NCBI GenBank assembly: GCA_964405735.1
Contig: CAYOPD010000006.1
Coordinates: 4,796-68,795, forward strand
DNA from: an uncultured Saprospiraceae bacterium
GTDB lineage: Bacteria > Bacteroidota > Bacteroidia > Chitinophagales > Saprospiraceae
Direction: 5' to 3'
Length of the DNA stretch: 64,000 nt
Shown piece by piece: positions 27,495 to 40,575 of the stretch (position 1 is its first letter; each line of letters begins with the position of its first letter). A model generated the notes under the pieces. The model had not been told where the DNA came from and made no database searches. It saw only the letters and a program-made list of their open reading frames with translations. The position numbers were made by a program, and so were the translations under genes.

Positions 27495-28976
27495 CTAGGG
27501 TATCTGAGGATTCAGGTCCCAGAGAGTGGTTTTTGCATGGAATTGTTTGCCGGTTATCCTGAATTTCTGGAGAGGCCCCGGAGCAAAAAACACGGAAGTA
27601 AGGGCGGCTTTGCCATTGTCCGAAAAGATTTCCATGGAATAGTGGTCCATCAGGATTTGGAGCGTCAGGTTATGTCCTGGGCTCACTGCTAAACAGTCAA
27701 TGGAAGGATATGCCGGGTGAAAAGCAAGGGTCTTGCTGGTCCGGTCGAGACAGAGTTGATGCCGAACTGCATCCCAGGTCACGAGCAATTTGGCTTTCCT
27801 GCCAAAATCAAAATCCAGGACAGCACCTTTATGGGAATCAAGGTTGATCTGCCACTCCATGGCGGGAGAGGTCTGGATATCCCAGGAGTCAAATTTTGTA
27901 TTGGGATCAGCCAGGTATTCCCTTTTATTGGTCCTGATCGCCTGTAAGGTATCCACCGGCAACTGGAGAAGCCGGTAAGATCCTTCTGTTTCACGCTGAA
28001 GCCCGAGTTCCCGGGCGGTGGCCATCATGCCTTTCCAGCCTTCCGTCGGGTTTTGGTTGGCATAAGCCCAGTTGTTCATCCAACCCATAAGGATCCTTTT
28101 TTGCCCCGGGGCCTGGTAGAAAGGAATGGCGGCGTAAAAATCCCTGCCGGCATCTACCTTGTTTACCTGGTCAAGGGCATGGTCGCATCGGAAAGAGGTT
28201 CCGTCAAAATCCCCCGTGAAATAACGCATGGATGAATAATCCCGGTTGGTGGAAATAAGCAATACCCATTTGGTTTTATCTTTTTGGTTATTCACCGGTA
28301 AGGCAAACAGCGCAGGGCATTCCCAAATTTCCTTAAAAGAAGGGTGGCCTCCAAAATCACTGAGCAGATCCCATTTGATCAGGTTTTTTGACGCGTAAAA
28401 CTGCACCTTGAATTCATTGGGCAAAACCACCGCCATGATCCACCGGGCGGTCTCTTCGTGCCAGAAAACATTGGGGTCCCTGAAATCCCGCTTTTTCAGG
28501 TCCAGCACCGGGTTGTTTTTGTACAGCGCCCACTGGAGACCGTTATCGTTGCTGTAGGCTAAATGCTGCGCCTGATGTCCTTCCCGGTGCGCGGTGTACA
28601 ACGCGATCAGCGGTCCGCGGTTCGCGCTACCCAGGCCACTTGAATTTTTATGGTCATGGACTACGCAACCGGAAAATATCATATGGTCCTTTTGTTCGGG
28701 GATTGCAACCGGGAGATGGGTCCATTTTACGAGATCCCGGCTTTTGGCATGGCCCCAGGTCATATGTCCCCATTCATTACCGAAAGGATTATGCTGGTAA
28801 AAAAGGTGGTATTCCCCTTTATAAAAGATAAGGCCGTTGGGATCATTGATCCAAAACTGCGGTGCAGTGAAATGATAAATGGGTCTTGGGGATTCCTCGA
28901 AGTTCCCCTGAAATGCTGACATAGAAAAGAAAGTCAAAATTAGAACAAGTTCCATCAATTTTTCCTGCATAGACAT
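27495..28976 (-). CDS. Glycoside hydrolase family 32 (beta-fructofuranosidase/levanase-like)
   Basis: 'WINDPNGLIFYKGEYHLFYQHNPF', 'FSGC', 'FRDPNVFW' and 'WECP' are the GH32 catalytic blocks. Confidence 0.92.
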   Translation of the reverse strand: MSMQEKLMELVLILTFFSMSAFQGNFEESPRPIYHFTAPQFWINDPNGLIFYKGEYHLFYQHNPFGNEWGHMTWGHAKSRDLVKWTHLPVAIPEQKDHMIFSGCVVHDHKNSSGLGSANRGPLIALYTAHREGHQAQHLAYSNDNGLQWALYKNNPVLDLKKRDFRDPNVFWHEETARWIMAVVLPNEFKVQFYASKNLIKWDLLSDFGGHPSFKEIWECPALFALPVNNQKDKTKWVLLISTNRDYSSMRYFTGDFDGTSFRCDHALDQVNKVDAGRDFYAAIPFYQAPGQKRILMGWMNNWAYANQNPTEGWKGMMATARELGLQRETEGSYRLLQLPVDTLQAIRTNKREYLADPNTKFDSWDIQTSPAMEWQINLDSHKGAVLDFDFGRKAKLLVTWDAVRHQLCLDRTSKTLAFHPAYPSIDCLAVSPGHNLTLQILMDHYSMEIFSDNGKAALTSVFFAPGPLQKFRITGKQFHAKTTLWDLNPQIP

Positions 28977-29155
28977 TTATTTCTTTTACATATAAGAATT
29001 ATGAATGAATAAATAATTAATGGATCAACAGGTTAAACATTAATTTCAAAAATATGAGTTAAAAGATCCCGAATTTATTCGTATCAATTCAATTTGGCAA
29101 GAAATATGCATTATAATTGCCGAAGTATTGATCCTAACAGATTGATGCTTTATGA

Positions 29156-29199
29156 GGTCGGTTCGCTGGGGGGTAAGAGCCGATCTCTTTTTTCTTTTT
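29156..29199 (+). terminator. Orphan intrinsic-terminator-like hairpin plus U-tract (plus strand), 56 nt upstream of the 29255 ATG
   Basis: 'ggtcggttc' (29156-29164) pairs with 'gagccgatc' (29177-29185) as 9 bp, using two G-U wobbles that only work on the plus-strand RNA. It is followed by 'tctttttttcttttt'. No plus-strand CDS lies upstream. Confidence 0.45.
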
Positions 29200-29254
29200 C
29201 CGGCCTTTCTCCCGGTCGATTCCCACCCCGTGCAAATCCCTTACTTTTGTCCTG

Positions 29255-29824
29255 ATGTCGTTTCAGAGGACAATATTGGTTTTATGCCTGATCTCCAGTT
29301 TTAAAGGAGCAGGACAGATCCAATATACCCGTGATTTCACTATGCGGATCCGGTCCGCGGGCCTTGAACTCAGTCTTCCGGACAGCACCTGGTATAAAGT
29401 GCATCTTCCCTGTGAAGATGTTTACAACCGTTATGATCTGTGCCTGGTATCGGAAAAGGATTCGGCGGAATTAAAATACCTCATCCTGGATGCTTTCCAG
29501 TCAGGAAAAATTTTTTCCCCGCAGGTGCATTTCATGAATAAAGTCGCCAATCTGGCAACCAATGCGGACAACCAATGGATGCGTACGCGTTCATTTTCTT
29601 CCCGTTTTATCCAGGATTCCCTACGGGCTGATTGGGCCGGCGAATTGAGTTTTACCCCAAAATTATCCCTGACCCCCAAAAGATATGGTAAACTGTTTGG
29701 CATCTACCGGGAAGAAACCGGGATGGCTTATGTGATCCTGTTTTACAATTACGAGTTCCCGGGATTCAACGATCACCTGCATTCGGTATTTTTCAAATTA
29801 CCCAGACCCAATAGCGCTGAATAA
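29255..29824 (+). CDS. Hypothetical secreted protein
   Basis: 189-aa ORF with a signal-like N-terminus ('ILVLCLISSFKGAGQ'). I recognise no family. Confidence 0.55.
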   Translation: MSFQRTILVLCLISSFKGAGQIQYTRDFTMRIRSAGLELSLPDSTWYKVHLPCEDVYNRYDLCLVSEKDSAELKYLILDAFQSGKIFSPQVHFMNKVANLATNADNQWMRTRSFSSRFIQDSLRADWAGELSFTPKLSLTPKRYGKLFGIYREETGMAYVILFYNYEFPGFNDHLHSVFFKLPRPNSAE

Positions 29825-29827
29825 ATC

Positions 29828-30160
29828 ATGTTTGTTTACAACATCACCCTGAATATGGATCCCGATACCGAGGAGGAAGGTCTGAGCTGGGTCAAATCGG
29901 ATTTTATCCCCAGGGTCATGCAGGATGGCCTTTTTCATGAATTTCAATTGTGTAAACTCAGGTTTGCCGACCAGGATACACCTGCCTATGCGGTTCAGTT
30001 TTATTGTTCGGATGAATCCGAAAAAGAACAGTTGCTGCATCCGGGCCAGTCCCGATATCTCGACTGGGTCGCGGACCGTTTTGGTCTCAGGATGATGACT
30101 TTTGCAACCATTCTGGATATCCTTGAACCGGCTTACCTCTCCTTCATTCATAAAAATTGA
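29828..30160 (+). CDS. DUF4286 family protein
   Basis: 'MFVYNITLNMDPDTEEEGLSWVKSDFIPRVM' matches the typical DUF4286 N-terminus seen in Bacteroidota. 110 aa. Confidence 0.7.
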   Translation: MFVYNITLNMDPDTEEEGLSWVKSDFIPRVMQDGLFHEFQLCKLRFADQDTPAYAVQFYCSDESEKEQLLHPGQSRYLDWVADRFGLRMMTFATILDILEPAYLSFIHKN

Positions 30161-30193
30161 GCAATTTTGCACCCTCTTATCAACCAGTAAAAA

Positions 30194-31360
30194 GTGGATT
30201 ATTTTAAATTATCTGAAGTCCAGGCCGGAGCTCGGGATATGGCCCGGGATTTTGCGCATAAAATACTTCTGCCCGGGGTGATCGAGCGGGACAAGAACAT
30301 GCATTTTCCCCGTGAACTCATCCGGGAGATGGGGGGCCTGGGCCTGATGGGCATGATGGTCGGCGAACAAAATGGTGGGAGCGGACTGGATACCTTGTCT
30401 TATGTGCTCACCCTGGAAGAAATTTCCAAAATCGATGCCTCGGCAGCCGTGATCCTTTCAGTCAATAATTCCCTGGTGTGTTTTGGCCTGGAGAAATACG
30501 GGACGGAAATGCAAAAGGAAAAATACCTGTCTCTCCTGGCATCCGGTGCATGGCTGGGATCCTTTTGCCTTTCAGAGCCCGAGGCGGGCAGTGATGCGAT
30601 GAAACAAAAGACGGTTGCCATTGACAAGGGGGACCACTATGAAATTTCAGGAGTAAAAAACTGGATTACGAATGGCGCCCAGTCGGATGTTCATCTCGTA
30701 TTTGCCCAATCCAATCCAGCGTTAGGGCATAAAGGCATTAATGTCTTCATTGTTGAAAGATCATGGCCGGGTATCACCATCGGGCCTAAAGAAGATAAAA
30801 TGGGGATTCGGGCCAGCGACACCACCTCCATTCAATACGACAAGGTGATCGTGCCCAAAGAAAACAGGCTCGGGCCGGAGGGCTTTGGTTTTTCTTTTGC
30901 CCTAAATACCCTGGATGGGGGACGCATCGGGATAGCCGCCCAGGCGCTGGGACTGGCTGCCGGTGCATATGAACGGGCACTCCGGTACAGTAAAGAGCGT
31001 GAAACCTTCGGCAAACCCATTTTTGAACACCAGGCGGTTTCATTCAAACTGGCTGACATGGCTACAGAAATCGAAGGTGTGCGCCTCCTGGTTTACCGTG
31101 CGGCCTGGCTTAAAGACCAGGGCCGGGAGTATACGGCCGCAGCCAGCATGGCCAAATATGCGGCAGCCGAAATGGCCATGAAACAAACCACGCAGGCCGT
31201 CCAGATCCATGGAGGCAATGGATACGTGCGGGAATACCATATTGAACGCATGATGCGGGATGCCAAGATCACCCAGATCTATGAAGGCACTTCCGAGATC
31301 CAGCAAATGATCCTTTCCCGTGAAATTCTGAAAGGCAATCTTTATCCCAGCCTGTATTGA
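30194..31360 (+). CDS. Acyl-CoA dehydrogenase (short/butyryl-CoA type)
   Basis: 'CLSEPEAGSDA', 'KNWITNG', 'GGRIGIAAQALG' and 'QIHGGNGYVREYHIERMMRDAKITQIYEGTSEIQ'. GTG start. Confidence 0.92.
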   Translation: MDYFKLSEVQAGARDMARDFAHKILLPGVIERDKNMHFPRELIREMGGLGLMGMMVGEQNGGSGLDTLSYVLTLEEISKIDASAAVILSVNNSLVCFGLEKYGTEMQKEKYLSLLASGAWLGSFCLSEPEAGSDAMKQKTVAIDKGDHYEISGVKNWITNGAQSDVHLVFAQSNPALGHKGINVFIVERSWPGITIGPKEDKMGIRASDTTSIQYDKVIVPKENRLGPEGFGFSFALNTLDGGRIGIAAQALGLAAGAYERALRYSKERETFGKPIFEHQAVSFKLADMATEIEGVRLLVYRAAWLKDQGREYTAAASMAKYAAAEMAMKQTTQAVQIHGGNGYVREYHIERMMRDAKITQIYEGTSEIQQMILSREILKGNLYPSLY

Positions 31361-32496
31361 TGTTTGACAGCGGGACTTTGCAATTGGCGAAAATCGCCGG
31401 GATCCCCATCCGCCTTCATTGGAGTTTTATGCTCATTTTTTTATGGGTGGGATACAATGGCTGGCAGGACCGGATTTCCATGTTACAGATTCTCTATCTG
31501 GAATTATATGTCATTACCTTATTTTTTTGTGTCCTGTTGCACGAATATGGCCATGCCCTGGTGGCCAGGAAATTTGGCCATAAGACCAGGGATATCCTGC
31601 TGACTCCGATCGGAGGTATAGCCCGCCTGGAAAGCATCAGTGAAAAACCCTCCCAGGAATTCTGGATAGCCATCGCTGGGCCGATGGTCAATATTGTCAT
31701 TGCCCTGATCCTGGGCGCCGCCATGCTTCTTTCCGGGCCTTCGGAGTTTTTTGAAAGGGCCGCCGCTTTTCCGGAGTCGGATGCCAGCCTCAAATCGTTC
31801 ATCCCGCTGACCATGGTTTCCAATGTGATCCTCGCTGTTTTTAACTTCATACCTGCCTTCCCGATGGACGGAGGGAGGATCCTCCGGGCCCTGCTTTCGA
31901 TGAAATGGTCCAGGCTCAGATCGACCTGGATTGCAGCCCGCATTGGCCAGGTTTTCGCCCTGGTTTTTCTGATCTTTGCCGCTTCGCAAGGGCACTGGAT
32001 GCTGATCCTGGTGAGCATATTTATCTTTTTTACCGCGGCCAGTGAATTGAAGCAGGTGCAGTGGGAATCCGTGCTTGACCGTAAAAAGGCGGGAGATCTT
32101 ATGCTCTCGCAGTTTACCACGCTTAATGCAGATTCCCCCATGGCCATCCCGATGGAATTGATTCAGAGAGGAATGGAGCGGAATTTTATCGTGCTGAAAG
32201 ACGGCCAGTTGTTCGGTAGCCTGGCCATGTCTGACATCATCGATGCCATGAAGAAAAATGGCCACGGGCAAATGATCGGAGAATATACACATCCTAACCT
32301 TCAACCGGTGACCCCCGAGCAAAACCTCAAGAAAGTATTGCACCAGATGCAGGCCACCGGCCACCCCCTCCTGCCTGTGATCCACCTGGAAGGCATCACC
32401 GGTGTAATCGATGAAAACCAGATTAACAAGTATGTCGAAATCCAGCTCAAGGCCGGAACGGACCGGTTGCTGGCACGGGAAAAACCCTTAAATTGA
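31357..32496 (+). CDS. Site-2 protease family (M50) metalloprotease with C-terminal CBS pair
   Basis: 'LLHEYGHALVA' is HExxH. 'NFIPAFPMDGGRIL' is the M50 second motif. The C-terminal ~130 aa are CBS-like. The ATGA overlaps the upstream stop. Confidence 0.88.
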   Translation: MMFDSGTLQLAKIAGIPIRLHWSFMLIFLWVGYNGWQDRISMLQILYLELYVITLFFCVLLHEYGHALVARKFGHKTRDILLTPIGGIARLESISEKPSQEFWIAIAGPMVNIVIALILGAAMLLSGPSEFFERAAAFPESDASLKSFIPLTMVSNVILAVFNFIPAFPMDGGRILRALLSMKWSRLRSTWIAARIGQVFALVFLIFAASQGHWMLILVSIFIFFTAASELKQVQWESVLDRKKAGDLMLSQFTTLNADSPMAIPMELIQRGMERNFIVLKDGQLFGSLAMSDIIDAMKKNGHGQMIGEYTHPNLQPVTPEQNLKKVLHQMQATGHPLLPVIHLEGITGVIDENQINKYVEIQLKAGTDRLLAREKPLN

Positions 32497-32518
32497 AAAG
32501 CGTTTTTATCCTGTTTGT

Positions 32519-33784
32519 ATGGAGACCTATGGTAAAATTCTTTTAGTGGCCATGCCGGCCTTCCTGCTCCTGGTCCTGTTTGAAAAATGGTATGGCTGGA
32601 AGAAAGGAATGGATACCGTAAGGAACCTGGACATGATCTCCTCCCTGAGTTCCGGGGTGACCAATGTGGTAAAGGATGTGCTTGGGCTGAGTGTGGGCAT
32701 CATCAGTTATGGCTGGATGGTGGATCGCCTGGCCGTCGTCCACGTTCAAAACTCCCTGGCCATTTATGCCATTGCCTTTCTGGCTCTGGATTTTTCCGGG
32801 TATTGGGTGCACCGCATTGCTCACGAATACAATTTTTTCTGGAACAACCACATCATCCATCATAGCAGTGAAGAGTTCAATCTGGCCTGCGCGCTCAGGC
32901 AGAGCATTTCAGTCTTTGTAAGGTTGTTTACTTTTTTCCTGTTGCCCGCGGCCCTGGTCGGGGTCCCGGGTGAGGTCATTGCCGTAGTGGCACCCCTCCA
33001 TCTTTTTGCCCAGTTTTGGTATCACACCCGGCATATCGGCAGAATGGGTTTCCTGGAAAAAATCATCGTAACCCCTTCCCATCACCGGGTTCATCATGCC
33101 ATCAATCCGGAGTACCTGGATAAAAATTATTCTCAAATCTTTATCTGGTGGGACAAGTGGTTCGGTACTTTTCAACCCGAGTTGGATCATATACCGCCAG
33201 TATACGGCATCACCCGACCGGTACATACCTGGAACCCGATCAAAATCAATTTTCAGCATCTCTGGTTGCTGATCCGGGATGCCTGGCAGACGGCCAGTTG
33301 GAAAGATAAACTGCGGATCTGGATCATGCCCACCGGCTGGCGTCCGGCAGATGTGGCAGCAAGGCACGAGGTGTATAAGATCGGTGATGTTTATCATTTT
33401 GAAAAATACGATACCAAAGCTTCCGCTGCCCTTCAGATCTGGACCTGGATTCAACTGGTGGTCCTTCTGCTTCTTACAAGCTATTTATTCGGCAACATCG
33501 CGGCCATCAACGAGCTGAATCCCTGGCACATCTATCTCTATGGCCTTTTTTTGTTTGTATTTGTTTATGCCTTTACAGAGCTCATGGACCGTAATCCGAA
33601 GGCCTGGATACCGGAAAGTTTCAAAGCGTTGTTAGGCGCCTATTTTCTGATTGCTCAGGGAGATTGGTTCCTCGCTTCTTCGTTATGGACTTTTATTCCT
33701 GTGATGCTGGCCGCCTATTTGGGGATTTCATTAGCGGTCACCTTGTACTTCGTGAGAAGACACCGTAAAGAAGATGGGAGATAG
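32519..33784 (+). CDS. Fatty acid hydroxylase/sterol desaturase superfamily membrane protein
   Basis: Histidine boxes 'HRIAHE', 'HIIHHSS' and 'HHRVHH', plus extra C-terminal TM helices. Confidence 0.85.
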   Translation: METYGKILLVAMPAFLLLVLFEKWYGWKKGMDTVRNLDMISSLSSGVTNVVKDVLGLSVGIISYGWMVDRLAVVHVQNSLAIYAIAFLALDFSGYWVHRIAHEYNFFWNNHIIHHSSEEFNLACALRQSISVFVRLFTFFLLPAALVGVPGEVIAVVAPLHLFAQFWYHTRHIGRMGFLEKIIVTPSHHRVHHAINPEYLDKNYSQIFIWWDKWFGTFQPELDHIPPVYGITRPVHTWNPIKINFQHLWLLIRDAWQTASWKDKLRIWIMPTGWRPADVAARHEVYKIGDVYHFEKYDTKASAALQIWTWIQLVVLLLLTSYLFGNIAAINELNPWHIYLYGLFLFVFVYAFTELMDRNPKAWIPESFKALLGAYFLIAQGDWFLASSLWTFIPVMLAAYLGISLAVTLYFVRRHRKEDGR

Positions 33785-33807
33785 AAGTTGGAGTTGGAAG
33801 TTGGAAG
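33783..33807. repeat. Left low-complexity arm 'agaagttggagttggaagttggaag', starting within the desaturase stop codon
   Basis: 'ggaagttggaag' (33796-33807) is the reverse complement of 'cttccaacttc' at 34055-34065, with one extra terminal base on the left. Confidence 0.6.
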
Positions 33808-33863
33808 ATTTTTTCTTATTTTGTATTGAGACACACATATTTATTCATTAAGAACACACTTTC

Positions 33864-34034
33864 ATGCGATTTGAAGGTCTACTGGCCTGGCAAGAGGCGA
33901 GGAGTTTGATAAAAATGATTTTCGAAATGACAAAAGAAAATTCGATCGAAAAGGACTACCGCCTAAATAAAGTGGGGAAGCTAATCACAGGACTTCTCCA
34001 GTCCACTCAAAAAAGGTTAGAAGATAGGAGATAG
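33864..34034 (+). pseudogene. Internally deleted four-helix-bundle protein gene (23S rRNA intervening-sequence protein family, TIGR02436-like)
   Basis: My own translation is 'MRFEGLLAWQEARSLIKMIFEMTKENSIEKDYRLNKVGKLITGLLQSTQKRLEDRR*'. The N-terminus matches the family pattern 'F.dL.vWQ.A..L...iy..t......ekd(Y)rL'. The tail resembles the family C-terminal helix. The central ~60 aa are missing. Confidence 0.6.
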
Positions 34035-34046
34035 GAGAGTGGGAGA

Positions 34047-37290
<3,244 letters not shown>

Positions 37291-37364
37291 GACGGATTTT
37301 TGGGGTTGTCAATCTGAAATGAGGTCATAAACAACAGCGGTGAAATCAGACTATTCCCGCCAGG

Positions 37365-38678
37365 TCAAACCACCGGTTCCCAGCCTTTTTGATACTTTCT
37401 GTTCCATAAAGCCATTGCCCCTTTGTCTTTTAATACATGGCCGTTGCTGGGATCGCAATGGAGGGTCCGTCCGGTCCGGTGGGCGATATTGGCCAGGTGG
37501 CAGAGCAACACGCTTTTTGAAGCATCTTCGACCGGGGAGTTGAGTTTGGAATTACCGCGGATCGTTTCTACAAAATTTTCAAGGTGCAGTTTATCCAGTT
37601 GTGCAGCGGGGCTTACGGGATTGGATGGATCCACCGCAACTCTGGCGTCAACATGATCCATGAGCTTATTGTTCAGATCATATACTTTGTAGGAACCACC
37701 ACCATCGTTGACCAAAGTGCCCTGGGTTCCATGTACGATAAAGCCCCTGCCGCTGCCCTCTATCGGATAATCGTTGCAACTTCTTCCTTCCCAGGTGATG
37801 TTTTTGCCGGAACCGAATTCCCAGCCTGCAGTCTGAGTGTCCGGCGTTTCCCAATCATCTTTATAAGCGTACCTGCCCCCGGTGGAGGTCACCCGTGTTG
37901 GGAAATCAACTCCCAGAAACCAGCGGGCGCAATCGACTTCGTGGGTTCCGTTGTTGCAGGCTTCTCCCGTGCCCCAGTGCCAGAACCAATGCCAGTTGTA
38001 GTGAACGAGATTGTCTTTATAGGCCATGCGGGGCGCTGGGCCCTGCCAGAGATCAAAATCCAGGGTAGAGGGTACGGGGATCACTTTTCCGGTACCAATG
38101 GGTTTTCGTTTGTTGGTATACCAGGTTTTTACAAAATAGGGGTCACCGATCAATCCTTCTTTTACCCTTTTAACGGCCTCAATCAGGGTGGGGTAGGACC
38201 TGCGCTGGTTGCCCATCTGGATCAGCGGTTTGTGTTTTTTGGACGCCATCACCAGCATTTCTCCTTCTCCGGGATTGTACCCGCAGGGTTTTTCGACATA
38301 TACATGTTTTCCATTGGCTACACCAAGTAAGGCAGCCGGCGTGTGCCAGTGGTCCGGCGTGGCAATGGCTATGGCATCGAGATCGCCTTGGGTCACCAGT
38401 TTCCGGATGTCCTTGATCACGGTGGGTGTTTTTCCCGTGGACTTAAGGGCTTTTATTCCATTGGCAATCGCCTGGTCTTCCACATCACAGATATAGGCCA
38501 CTTCCACATTGCCCAGTTTGGCAAAATATTCAGCCAGCCAGGAACCGCGGCTGTTGACACCGGCCACTCCGATCACTACTTTATTGGATGGGGCTTGTTT
38601 GCCAAGAATCGGAAAAGGCAGAAGGGTAATCCCGGCAAGGGAACTTCCGTATTTCAAAAATGACCTTCTTTTAATCAT
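37365..38678 (-). CDS. Gfo/Idh/MocA family oxidoreductase with twin-arginine signal
   Basis: 'IKRRSFLKYGSSLAGITL' is a TAT motif. 'EKPCGYN' and 'HYNWHWFWHWGTGEACNNGTHEVD'. It is a close paralog of 16739-18091. Confidence 0.88.
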   Translation of the reverse strand: MIKRRSFLKYGSSLAGITLLPFPILGKQAPSNKVVIGVAGVNSRGSWLAEYFAKLGNVEVAYICDVEDQAIANGIKALKSTGKTPTVIKDIRKLVTQGDLDAIAIATPDHWHTPAALLGVANGKHVYVEKPCGYNPGEGEMLVMASKKHKPLIQMGNQRRSYPTLIEAVKRVKEGLIGDPYFVKTWYTNKRKPIGTGKVIPVPSTLDFDLWQGPAPRMAYKDNLVHYNWHWFWHWGTGEACNNGTHEVDCARWFLGVDFPTRVTSTGGRYAYKDDWETPDTQTAGWEFGSGKNITWEGRSCNDYPIEGSGRGFIVHGTQGTLVNDGGGSYKVYDLNNKLMDHVDARVAVDPSNPVSPAAQLDKLHLENFVETIRGNSKLNSPVEDASKSVLLCHLANIAHRTGRTLHCDPSNGHVLKDKGAMALWNRKYQKGWEPVV

Positions 38679-38718
38679 GAGTTAAGGCATTGAAAAGTTA
38701 AGAGGCTAATATAATACA

Positions 38719-39285
38719 TTATTCGATCGGCCGGACCACTCTGCAAGGATTGCCCATGGCTAAAACACCGTTCGGAATATCTTTTGTCACGACGCTGCCC
38801 GCTCCTATGGTACAATCTTTTCCAATATTGACACCAGGCATTATTCGGGTGCCCCCGCCGATCCATGCGCGGTCTCCTATATTCACCGGTTTGCTCTGTG
38901 TGATATAGCCTGCATTATCCGGTTTTAGCCGGTCCTTCGAAGCCAGGGGGTGATAGGCGGTATAGATATGCACCCCCGGGCCAATCAATACCTGATCCCC
39001 CAGGGTGATGGTATTGCTGTCGAGCCATACGGCCTGGGTATGGATGAAACAATGGGCCCCGATGTGGATGGACTTTCCATAATCGCAATAAAATGGGGAT
39101 TCAATCCAGGATCCCTCACCAATGCTTCCAAATAAGGAAACCAGCATGGCAAACCGGCCCGGTTCATCCGGTAGGCCTGCATTGAAGGATTGTAATATTC
39201 TTTTGCACGAATAATAGAGCGCCAGCAATTCCGGATCGCGGCTGTTGTATTCATACCCGGCCCGCATTTTTTCAATTTCTTTCAT
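38719..39285 (-). CDS. Sugar O-acetyltransferase (maltose/galactoside acetyltransferase family, left-handed beta-helix)
   Basis: The N-terminal 'MKEIEKMRAGYEYN' is a Mac-type domain. Hexapeptide repeats and 'VNIGDRAWIGGGTRIMPGVNIGKDCTIGAGSVVTKDIP' follow. Confidence 0.88.
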   Translation of the reverse strand: MKEIEKMRAGYEYNSRDPELLALYYSCKRILQSFNAGLPDEPGRFAMLVSLFGSIGEGSWIESPFYCDYGKSIHIGAHCFIHTQAVWLDSNTITLGDQVLIGPGVHIYTAYHPLASKDRLKPDNAGYITQSKPVNIGDRAWIGGGTRIMPGVNIGKDCTIGAGSVVTKDIPNGVLAMGNPCRVVRPIE

Positions 39286-39352
39286 AGAACAGATAAAATA
39301 AAGAAATAGCTTTAATTCCTTAATTCTTAATTTTTTTAATTTTTAATTCAAA

Positions 39353-40402
39353 ATGAAGGCCCTCACCTTTAACGGCATTGGTTCAATCCGCTATGAAGAG
39401 ATACCGGATCCGGTCCTGATCAACGATGACGACGTCATTGTCCATACGGAACATTGTGCCATCTGCGGTTCGGATCTTCATGTTTTGCACGGCAGGGAGC
39501 AGGGCATTGACCTTCACACTGCCATGGGCCATGAATTTACCGGTGAAGTGGTGGAAGTGGGTAAAAAGGTTGGCCGCTTTCGGCCCGGCGATAAAGTGGT
39601 CAGCCCTTTCACTACAGCTTGCGGAAAATGTTATTATTGTCTACATGGCCTCAGTGCGCGCTGCATCCACAATCAGATATATGGCTGGGTGCAAAACGGG
39701 ACAGGTTTGCAGGGCGGCCAGGCTGAATATGTAAGGGTGCCATTGGCTAACTCGACCCTGATCAACTATGAGGAATATGATTTATCCGGCGAGCTTGCCC
39801 TGCTTGCCGGAGATGTTTTCAGTACCGGTTATTTCGGAGCCAGCATGGCCGAGGTGAAAAAGGGTGGGTCGGTAGTGGTGATCGGATGCGGACCGGTGGG
39901 CCTGATGGCGGTCTACAGCGCACTGCTGATGGATGCGGGGAAGATCCTGGCGGTGGATACCATTGATCGACGTCTTCAGTTTGCCAATAAAATGGGAGCC
40001 ATCGCCCTGGATGCCAGCCAACCGGTACGGGAGGCGGTTTTTCAATATACCGAAGGCCGTGGAGCGGATGCCGTGATCGAAGCAGTGGGTAGCGCTCCTG
40101 CCCAAAGGCTTGCCTTTGAGTTGGTCAGGCCCGGGGGAATTATAGCCACCATTGGAGTGCATACCACAGACCATTTTGTATTTAAACCTGCTGACGTATA
40201 CAATAAGAACATCACCTATAAAAGCGGCCGCTGCCCGGCACGGTCCCTGATGGAAACTACACTGCCGCTGCTCGCAGCCAATGTCCAAACCCTTTCCAAT
40301 ATCATCACCCACCGGATGCATTTAAAAGAAGGCGTAAAGGCTTATGATATTTTTGATCAGAAAAAGGACGGATGTATAAAATTGATCCTGAGTACGGATT
40401 AG
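39353..40402 (+). CDS. Zinc-dependent alcohol dehydrogenase family protein
   Basis: 'CAICGSDLHVLHG', 'GHEFTGEVVEVG', a structural-Zn Cys cluster 'CGKCYYCLHGLSARC', and Rossmann 'VIGCGPVG'. Confidence 0.9.
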   Translation: MKALTFNGIGSIRYEEIPDPVLINDDDVIVHTEHCAICGSDLHVLHGREQGIDLHTAMGHEFTGEVVEVGKKVGRFRPGDKVVSPFTTACGKCYYCLHGLSARCIHNQIYGWVQNGTGLQGGQAEYVRVPLANSTLINYEEYDLSGELALLAGDVFSTGYFGASMAEVKKGGSVVVIGCGPVGLMAVYSALLMDAGKILAVDTIDRRLQFANKMGAIALDASQPVREAVFQYTEGRGADAVIEAVGSAPAQRLAFELVRPGGIIATIGVHTTDHFVFKPADVYNKNITYKSGRCPARSLMETTLPLLAANVQTLSNIITHRMHLKEGVKAYDIFDQKKDGCIKLILSTD

Positions 40403-40575
40403 ATCAACAGGTGGTCCATTTGTTCACAAAAAGAAAAAACACCTGGGTATTGATTCATTAACCTTCGTTAAATTCAATTCGTGAAGAACTAACCTCTGTT
40501 TTGCCACGTTGCATTGATATCCCTGCAGTTGAAGGTGCGGGATATGGCGTTTCTATCTGAGGCGGTGTTCCCGCA

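Noticed and set aside
40403-40575. Terminator hairpins between the convergent ADH and LRR genes: 'caggtg...cacctg', and 'tgcggga...tcccgca'.
   Set aside because: The stems are only 6-7 bp with loops of 25 nt or more, and there is no adjacent U-tract. They are not convincing intrinsic terminators.
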